Source: Amphiscolops sp. MND2022 (taxonomy: Eukaryota). From it: a stretch of 64,000 nucleotides of DNA. The first letter of the stretch is position 1. Every line of letters begins with the position of its first letter. The notes beneath the pieces were generated by a model. The model was not told the DNA's origin. It worked only from the letters and a program-made list of their open reading frames with translations, and ran no database searches. This document shows positions 56,738 through 64,000 of the stretch, one piece after another. The stretch covers positions 55,304,001 to 55,368,000 of the forward strand of contig OZ076410.1 of assembly GCA_964187785.1 (NCBI GenBank), given 5' to 3'. The translations under genes and the position numbers were made by a program.

Positions 56738-58420
56738 ATGCCTTCCACAAGAAGACAGAAAGCGAAAGCTAGAAAATCCAAAGAGATGGACATGTTGTCC
56801 GATATGGATAATTTAGACGTGATGATAGGGAGTGAAAATCCTTTAGAAAGAGAGTTAGCAGATGTAATAGACCAATCTTCCATTAATGGTGACATAGAAA
56901 TTGGTAGTCACTCAAGAAATGATCTTGGAAATTTCATTCAAGGAAATGAGCCTCATGGTCGAAACGACATAAGACAATCCTTTGAAACCTTTTCAAATGA
57001 ATTTAATCTTAGGTTATCTCAAGAGATGGATTCCATGATGGCCATGGTACATAGTCAGATAAATAGAGCAATCAGTACCGCCATATCAGAGAAGGTGTTA
57101 CCTGAGATTCAGAATATTGTGAGTTCAATGTCTTCCTCTGGGAACAGGGACACTGAGATGAGTATGTCTCCTAGCAGTCAGGAAAATAGGGAAAATTCAT
57201 CTGGCTTGAAAACAAAATTATTGAAAAAGGATTCACGGTCCGTTGGTGATTTGAGAGACACCACGGGACGTGGCTCTTACATGGTGACAGGAGCTAACGA
57301 AGCCCAACAGCCTATACCTGAATTTCTTACTGGACGAATCCACTCAATCCCGAACCTAGAGAGACAGCAATCTAACCACAATGTCTCTTTGGACACCACT
57401 CTGCCAGCGCCAGAACCAGAGGTCACAGAGCCACCTCAGGACCCGCTCAATAGATTGGCTGATGTACTAGTCAATTTGCAAAACAAACCCCAAACGATGA
57501 CTATCCGGCCTGTCCAAACAACCCCTATGACGTTTGACGGAAAGAGTGAGAAATTCGAACTCTTTGAAGATTTGTTCCACACAATGATCAAAATGCAACC
57601 GGCCATGACAGAGCAAATGAAAATTAACCATTTCCATTCACTGCTCAGGAAAGGAGCCTTGCAGACCTTCAGGAACATAAACTCAATTAACCGCCAAACA
57701 CTCGAGGACGTGCTGATCATATTCCGGAGAAAATATGTCAAACCGGAATCCCAAGCAACGGCAAAACACAAATGGCATCGGCTGACTTTCGATCCGAATA
57801 CCATGAAACTGCCGGATTTCTTAGAAGAACTGAACCAGGGGGCAGAAAAAGCTTTCGGTGAGAATGCAAAAAACATGATTGACAGCTTATTGTATGCAAA
57901 ACTGCCTCCAAAATTAAAACGATCTGTCAATATGGCCCGCCTGGAGAACGGGACATATGAGGAAATCGTCGCTCATCTTGAAAGAGAGCTTGAACTCAAC
58001 GCATTAGAAGAGTCAGACGATTTGCCAATCGCCACAATGGCCTCTGCGTCCACCAGTAACAACAATCTGCTCTCTAATGGCATAAATACTAATAAGAACG
58101 CACAATGCTCTTATTGTAAAGCCACAGGCCACTTTTATAAGAGCTGCCCCAAATTGAAAAAGAAGAAAGAATTGGAGGACAAAAATGGCAAAAAGCCCCA
58201 ACGTCCCACATACCCAGAATGTCCTACTTGCGGAAAGAAAAATCACCCCGTTGAAAGATGCTGGAAAGGGGCTGGAGCACATCTACGTCCCAAAAGGACA
58301 AGACCCGAAGATAAAGCCGATGAAAACTCCGGCGATGAAAAGTTGTCTAAAAAATCAACTAACCCCGAAACTGCATCTTCGAGCCAACCAAACCCACGAA
58401 AAACGGACTCAAAAAACTAA
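56738..58420 (+). CDS. gag: Gag, copy 2
   Basis: Translation identical to copy 1. Confidence 0.96.
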   Translation: MPSTRRQKAKARKSKEMDMLSDMDNLDVMIGSENPLERELADVIDQSSINGDIEIGSHSRNDLGNFIQGNEPHGRNDIRQSFETFSNEFNLRLSQEMDSMMAMVHSQINRAISTAISEKVLPEIQNIVSSMSSSGNRDTEMSMSPSSQENRENSSGLKTKLLKKDSRSVGDLRDTTGRGSYMVTGANEAQQPIPEFLTGRIHSIPNLERQQSNHNVSLDTTLPAPEPEVTEPPQDPLNRLADVLVNLQNKPQTMTIRPVQTTPMTFDGKSEKFELFEDLFHTMIKMQPAMTEQMKINHFHSLLRKGALQTFRNINSINRQTLEDVLIIFRRKYVKPESQATAKHKWHRLTFDPNTMKLPDFLEELNQGAEKAFGENAKNMIDSLLYAKLPPKLKRSVNMARLENGTYEEIVAHLERELELNALEESDDLPIATMASASTSNNNLLSNGINTNKNAQCSYCKATGHFYKSCPKLKKKKELEDKNGKKPQRPTYPECPTCGKKNHPVERCWKGAGAHLRPKRTRPEDKADENSGDEKLSKKSTNPETASSSQPNPRKTDSKN

Positions 58421-61400
58421 TTTCGCCACGACTCCAAATATGTAACAAGATGTCAGTACGACAGTACGTCATATCTGACCCTGCAAACATTACATATAAA
58501 CAAACTCAAAACGACACCACAGGGATGCCATCGACTGTCTGGCAGCAGCAGATGGCCGACGCCCGCAGAGAAACTCAATATATCATCCACAGTGATCATC
58601 CATACTTATATCGACGGAACAGTAACCGCAACGACTTGGAAACTCACTTTCGCCCTTTAAAAACTGTCGAAGATTATAACCCTCAATACTATGACCCCGA
58701 GTATGGCAAAGACCCATACTGGGACGAAGAACTATATGACAAAACCAATTTACAATTTCGAAATGAAGATTACCCCCCAACTGACGACGAGGACGACCCA
58801 GACATTGAAGATAACACACTGTCTCGGGCCCTCATTGATCTTTGGCAGCCGAACTTTGAGGCAACTATACAAGAAGTAGACACCATACACACACAGGAGG
58901 ACCACAAGGCTCCTAATAGTCTTTTAGACGAGACAGTCTTCTTACACCTCCTAGTGACCAACGAAGGAGAATTACCATACGTTCCCCTTTCAACAAACCT
59001 TGGACTTAAATTCAAACGACGAATGCTCTATTTCCCAATGGACTTTGGGGAATTAACTCTAGATGGCCTGATAGACACTGGAGCTCACTCCAGTGCAATC
59101 CCGGAGGCAGACCTCAGGAAAATACGCCTATTGGCCCCTCAATCCATTGTAAAAGAAGGTCCTGCCCCATCTTTCCAAATAATGGTCGCAAATGGAGACT
59201 TAGAAAACCCAAAGAGCACAGTCGAACTAAAATTCGAAGTGGGCGACATAGAATTTCACGAAATTTTCATTGTAATGGAAAAACTGTCAAGCCCCATAAT
59301 TGGACTAATGTTCCTTCAAAGGAACCACACTGTCCTGGATATGCGCCAAGGTATACTCAACTTCCCCTATTTTTCGATGCAACTCAAGACGGCTGACCAT
59401 AAATACTCAAATGTTTTGGAACCCATCCTCAATCCTGAGGATGTCACAATTCCGCCCAATGACCATGTGGTCATACCCATTCAATCACAAATTTACGCAG
59501 AAAATGCAGTTACGGGCATATTGCAACCCAGCGATCTTCTGCACGAAGAAGGCGACATAACCTTCTGCGCCGCCATAGTCACACTACACGAAGGGGCTAT
59601 GAGAATACACGTTAACAATTTCACTGATCAACCCTATAAAATAAAGAAAGGGATGCACATTGCAAACTTCTCAGTGATGACCCCTGAACAGATGAAACAC
59701 GTCAGGCCAATAGACCCAGTGTCCACCTGGCACTTACTGAATGAAAATGAAGACGATGCTATTTATTATATAAGTAGCCTTCTTAAAGCTAACAGAAATA
59801 ATGACCAATACGAACAATATTGGTTCCCGACGCCTGAAAACCCAGGGGACGAAACGACCCACACCCCAATACAACAAAGAATTCTCAAAGAATTACGAAA
59901 TCTGCAAAGTTTAGAACAACTCAACCCGCACGACGATGCGGAATCTCGTCGAAAATTCCTCAGTAATTTTGATTGGAAGGATTCAATGTTACAACAACAT
60001 GAAATCAGACAAATAGAAACTCTATTAGTGGAATTCCATGACATCTTTGCGCGCCATAGATTTGACATTGGTGTCAATGAGGAATTTACGGTCAAACTGA
60101 CCCCAAAAGACGAATCACCTGCCTACAGTCAGAGCCTACCTACACCAGTCAACCTCAAAGAGGACATATTGGTCGAACTGGCGTTACTTCATAAATATGG
60201 TATTATAACGACATTACCATTCTCAAAGTATGCCAGTCCCATCTTCGCGCAGAAAAAGCCCAATGGGAAATTGAGACTGTTGGTTGATTTGAGGAAAATA
60301 AATAATCTCATCTCAGACGATTATATCAACAACAATCACCCAGTCAGTACCCTGACGGATGCGGCGCAACATATGGCAGGCAAAAAGCTCTTTTGCAAAC
60401 TTGACTGTTCTCAAGCTTATCATTGCCTTCCTATGGCAGACCAGAAGTCGATTGAAATGCTAGCATTTAACTTCGCCAGCAGGACATTTGCATATAGAAG
60501 ATTAGCCCAAGGACTCAGTAGAGCCCTGTCGGCCTTCTCCAGTTTCATGAGGGAATACTTGGATCGTGTCATAAAAGCAGACCAATGTGCTCAATATGTG
60601 GACGATATTGGTGTTGCGGCGACAGACGCCGACCAGCTTATCGTCAACTTAAGAGCAACTTTCCAATGTATCAGAGAAGCAGGATTGAAATTGTCCATGC
60701 ACAAGTGCCATTTCGGCGCTACTGAAATTGACTTTCTTGGGAGAACCATTACACCTGAAGGCGTAAAACCCCAAAAAGAAAGAATCACTAACTTCTTGGA
60801 AAAGACGAAATTCCCAAAGTCCAAGAAGGCCTTACAACGCTACCTTGGTTTCCTCAATTACTACAGGAATTATATTCCAAGGCTATCCGAAAAACTAGTT
60901 CCCTTCTTCCAATTGCTCAAAAAGGATGAAAAAGTACTAGTTACGCAAGAGCTAGTTGAACAATTTAATGAGATCAACCGCGATTTAGACCGATGTAGTC
61001 AATTGGCGTTGAAACAACCTCTGCCGAACAAACAACTGGTCCTTATGACTGACGCGAGTTTTACAGCAGCCGGTTACGCCATATTGACCGAAGACGACCC
61101 AAATCAGAAATACACTTCTGTTAAAAAGTCCTATGCGCCGATTGCATATGGATCCAAAACTTTCACGCCTTCTCAACTTAAAATGTCGATATATGCAAAG
61201 GAATTCCTAGCTATATATTATGCATTTAAGGAGTTTGGACATATCTTCTGGGGAACACCTCAACCCGTGATTATCCTCACAGATAACAAATCGGTCACGA
61301 GGTTCTTCCAGACAAAGATAATTCCACCGCCTCTCTGGAATGCTTGTGATTTTGTCATTCAATTCAACTTCATTATAGCTCACATTCCAGGCAAAAACAA

Positions 61401-63027
61401 TAGAGCGGCAGACTACTTGTCCCGCATGGAAATGGACCCTACCGAAAAGTTGGTCCTGAAAATACGAGAGGACGTAGAAACTAGACCAATCGAAGTCAAT
61501 GTCCAATCGGCCGGCGTATCAGAAGAAGAGCAAATTTTCTTCACTGAGGAGGACAATGAAACAGAAGAACAGATTTGGAAACGGAAACAACAATCCAAAA
61601 AAGGTCTCATAGTCCCTGAGACAGTAATCCAAATTGACGCTATATCAGAAAATACCGTCGAAGAGATTACTAATTTCACGCAGAAATTAAGAAGAACAAA
61701 TCAGATACTGCTTGAACAGTCCAGAGACCCGATTCTCCTCCAATTGAAGGCGAAACTTCAAAAAGAAGAATACTCTGAAGAAATCCTTCAACAGGATATT
61801 CGGTACAAGTATTACTTGAACAACATAGACCGAATAATCCTCAAAGACGAGATAGTGACACGGCAGTACTACGATGAAACCGGACAGGTCAAATATCATC
61901 AAATCTTATTGCCAAAGCATTTGCTCAAAGAATTATTACAAGCAATACATGGCACGGCACATCGACACCCGGGCATTTCTAAAATGCTACAAGAAATTCG
62001 CCAGAAATACTACTACCCCGGAATTGCTAAACACGTCAAAAAATGGGTAGAAGGCTGCGAAACATGTGCCAAGGACAAAAGAGTCCCCAACACGGTAATC
62101 ACCCCAGAATTACTGAATTTACCTGAATGGGACCTAGGCCCAGAAGATGCCATGCAAATCGATTTATTGCCAAACTTACCAACTAGCGGTGGATACCAAA
62201 CGGTGATGACGGCAATAGATGTATTTTCAAGATATTTATTCGCCTACCCACTAATTGAGGCAACAGCCGCAAACGTAGCCAAGGTGATAATTGACATCAT
62301 GACGAAACATTCGTATTTGCCAACAACACTCATCACGGACAAGGGATCCGCATTTACATCAAAAATTTTAGAAGAAATTACTGCAATACTGGGGATCACA
62401 TTGAAGTGTGCCACTACTAAACATCCGCAAACTATTGGTAAACTCGAAAGGACACACGCCTCTTTAAAAACCAACCTAAAGATGGCCTCAGGGGAATACC
62501 GTCGTCAATGGCACAAATATTTACCATTAGCTGTGCTCAACTATAACACTACTTATCACGCTAGTATTGGTTGTGAGCCTAGCAAAGTTTTTCATGGCCG
62601 CATTCCCTATAACGTCCTGGATCACAAATTAGGGAACAATCCTAACAAAAATTTCCTACCGACGACTGAATTCGCGGAAGAATTACAGCAGAGGACGCAA
62701 ATCCTCATTGATCAGACCAAAAAGAATATTATGCAGTCGTATCTAAAGTACAAAGAATACTACGACCGCAAGGCCAAAGCGGCTCCGCTACAAGAGAAGG
62801 ACTATTGTTTTGTTCTTCAACCAAAAGCGGATAGTCAAGGCTCTAAAATACCATTCAGGGACTTCCGTTGGATTGGTCCTTTTGTCGTTCAAAAAACTCT
62901 ACCAAATAACAATTACATAGTGCGTCGTTTAAATACGAATAAAACGCAGATTTTGCACCGGGCTCAAAAAATTTGTCCCAAATGCTCCATTAGAGGACAA
63001 ATACCAAGAAGAGAAATTACAGCCTGA
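58411..63027 (+). CDS. pol: Pol, copy 2 (first ATG 58450)
   Basis: Same domains as copy 1, with one amino-acid change seen (NNT to NNR). Confidence 0.97.
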   Translation, partial: KKLISPRLQICNKMSVRQYVISDPANITYKQTQNDTTGMPSTVWQQQMADARRETQYIIHSDHPYLYRRNSNRNDLETHFRPLKTVEDYNPQYYDPEYGKDPYWDEELYDKTNLQFRNEDYPPTDDEDDPDIEDNTLSRALIDLWQPNFEATIQEVDTIHTQEDHKAPNSLLDETVFLHLLVTNEGELPYVPLSTNLGLKFKRRMLYFPMDFGELTLDGLIDTGAHSSAIPEADLRKIRLLAPQSIVKEGPAPSFQIMVANGDLENPKSTVELKFEVGDIEFHEIFIVMEKLSSPIIGLMFLQRNHTVLDMRQGILNFPYFSMQLKTADHKYSNVLEPILNPEDVTIPPNDHVVIPIQSQIYAENAVTGILQPSDLLHEEGDITFCAAIVTLHEGAMRIHVNNFTDQPYKIKKGMHIANFSVMTPEQMKHVRPIDPVSTWHLLNENEDDAIYYISSLLKANRNNDQYEQYWFPTPENPGDETTHTPIQQRILKELRNLQSLEQLNPHDDAESRRKFLSNFDWKDSMLQQHEIRQIETLLVEFHDIFARHRFDIGVNEEFTVKLTPKDESPAYSQSLPTPVNLKEDILVELALLHKYGIITTLPFSKYASPIFAQKKPNGKLRLLVDLRKINNLISDDYINNNHPVSTLTDAAQHMAGKKLFCKLDCSQAYHCLPMADQKSIEMLAFNFASRTFAYRRLAQGLSRALSAFSSFMREYLDRVIKADQCAQYVDDIGVAATDADQLIVNLRATFQCIREAGLKLSMHKCHFGATEIDFLGRTITPEGVKPQKERITNFLEKTKFPKSKKALQRYLGFLNYYRNYIPRLSEKLVPFFQLLKKDEKVLVTQELVEQFNEINRDLDRCSQLALKQPLPNKQLVLMTDASFTAAGYAILTEDDPNQKYTSVKKSYAPIAYGSKTFTPSQLKMSIYAKEFLAIYYAFKEFGHIFWGTPQPVIILTDNKSVTRFFQTKIIPPPLWNACDFVIQFNFIIAHIPGKNNRAADYLSRMEMDPTEKLVLKIREDVETRPIEVNVQSAGVSEEEQIFFTEEDNETEEQIWKRKQQSKKGLIVPETVIQIDAISENTVEEITNFTQKLRRTNQILLEQSRDPILLQLKAKLQKEEYSEEILQQDIRYKYYLNNIDRIILKDEIVTRQYYDETGQVKYHQILLPKHLLKELLQAIHGTAHRHPGISKMLQEIRQKYYYPGIAKHVKKWVEGCETCAKDKRVPNTVITPELLNLPEWDLGPEDAMQIDLLPNLPTSGGYQTVMTAIDVFSRYLFAYPLIEATAANVAKVIIDIMTKHSYLPTTLITDKGSAFTSKILEEITAILGITLKCATTKHPQTIGKLERTHASLKTNLKMASGEYRRQWHKYLPLAVLNYNTTYHASIGCEPSKVFHGRIPYNVLDHKLGNNPNKNFLPTTEFAEELQQRTQILIDQTKKNIMQSYLKYKEYYDRKAKAAPLQEKDYCFVLQPKADSQGSKIPFRDFRWIGPFVVQKTLPNNNYIVRRLNTNKTQILHRAQKICPKCSIRGQIPRREITA

Positions 63028-63610
63028 TGAAGAAATCGTAATACCGCAAGATGATTTGTATACCATTTCATGGGAAGCGGACTTTGAATACGAGCAATTC
63101 GAGCCGAAGAAAAATGATTGGCCAGACACGGCCACGCGTCTGCCGCAAGACGCCACGAATGGTGGAGTCGACTATTACGTCACCGAGAATGAAAGCAGCA
63201 GAGTAAATGAAAGTGAATGCAGCAGCGAGAGAATGAATGAAAATGACGTCAACGAGAATGAAATAAGGCCGAGACCGGCTAGCAGCCGTGACGCGTCGTC
63301 CCTTCCACATGAATCGACTACTGGGGCGGAAAATGCAAATGACGTCAACGAGAATGAAATAAGGCCGAGACCGGCTGGCAGCCGTGACGCGTCGTCCCCA
63401 CTGAGCGAAACGCCACGTGGGACGGCAAATCAAAATGACGTCACAAATGATTTAGAAAATGCGGAAATTGCTTCAAAAGGAGGCGTAGATATTACCGTGC
63501 CCGGAATATCGGAAAATGGAAAAGATGAAGAAACTTCTAGCCCTAGAGGAGGGAAATATAATCTTCGACCCAACCCAACCCCCAACTTCACTGACGAATA
63601 CAGATATTAA
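62965..63610 (+). pseudogene. pol: Frameshifted integrase tail, copy 2
   Basis: Same lesion and 96-bp repeat as copy 1. Confidence 0.8.
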
Positions 63611-63786
63611 CTAGATATGTAAATTAACGTCCAGACAGCCTTTTAGGCTACTTGATTTTCTTACTATTTTTTCACTGGACTTCCCAACTGATACAAATGA
63701 AAACAAAAATCAAGAAATTTCAACAAACGAGATAATATGATAAATACAAGTTGACAGAATATGAAACAAATGTACTCTATGTACAT

Positions 63787-64000
63787 TTAGTCTTTAGAGC
63801 TCCCGGGCAACAGAGTATCACTGGCAGTGGGTGCTTTAGAAAAGGAGACAGCCCCAAACTTCACTCCTTTCTTATCTTTGATTGGACTGCGTTTACGCCG
63901 CTGACATCCAGTACTGGATACCGATGACGAAGGTGACCGACTAGCAGAGCGAGGTTTATCTTTCAAAGCCTTCTGAGCAGAAATAAGAGTCTTAAGGAAA
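63787..64000 (-). CDS. 3' end of the antisense accessory ORF, copy 2 (continues beyond the window)
   Basis: Matches 54962-55175 as far as I could compare. Confidence 0.75.
   Translation of the reverse strand, partial: FLKTLISAQKALKDKPRSASRSPSSSVSSTGCQRRKRSPIKDKKGVKFGAVSFSKAPTASDTLLPGSSKD

Larger units (their letters stand above)
55650..64000 (+). mobile_element. Ty3/Gypsy element, copy 2 (runs off the window); LTR 55650-57281
   Basis: Offset 8825 bp from copy 1. I found only four substitutions by eye. Confidence 0.97.

Noticed and set aside
55650-57281. The middle LTR as an ordinary shared 3'/5' LTR
   Set aside because: It has no PPT, the 5' flank ACTAG is copied, and the accessory region seen at 22-26 kb is missing.
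46825-64000. The dimer as a pure assembly artefact
   Set aside because: Four substitutions and a distinctive rearranged junction argue for a real duplication. Long reads are still needed to exclude merged haplotypes.

Overview
Eukaryotic, animal-like, transposon-dense DNA. I see no rRNA, tRNA or CRISPR array and no clearly intact host gene. (1) 46.8-64 kb: a head-to-tail near-identical pair (period 8825 bp) of a young Ty3/Gypsy element. It has a ~1.63-kb LTR, gag, a -1 frameshift site, PR-RT-RH-IN pol and a convergent antisense ORF. Gag starts 544 nt inside the LTR, and the LTR/PBS junction itself forms an in-frame ATG. Two LTR relics at 1.7 and 4.4 kb repeat this design. (2) 21.4-26.9 kb: a decayed relative showing the accessory region. 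It holds a long antisense gene with a BED-like finger and an apparent intron (possibly hAT-transposase-derived), a second antisense ORF, and a divergent sense ORF that runs through the PPT into U3. (3) 8.2-21.4 kb: a decayed pol joined inside RNase H to a second Gypsy family, part of which is amplified into a ~5-copy 1.9-kb tandem array. (4) 30.7-41.2 kb: two decayed multi-exon genes and several tandem arrays. The second gene reconstructs across phase-compatible splice sites to C2HC finger + C2H2 finger + KDM2/KDM7-like JmjC domain, and may be mobile-element cargo. (5) Also present: a decayed BEL/Pao element with a HINE-like insertion, a self-nested MITE, long hairpins, and a small-intron gene candidate at 3.2-3.9 kb. 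All family assignments come from motif recognition by eye, with no database searches.
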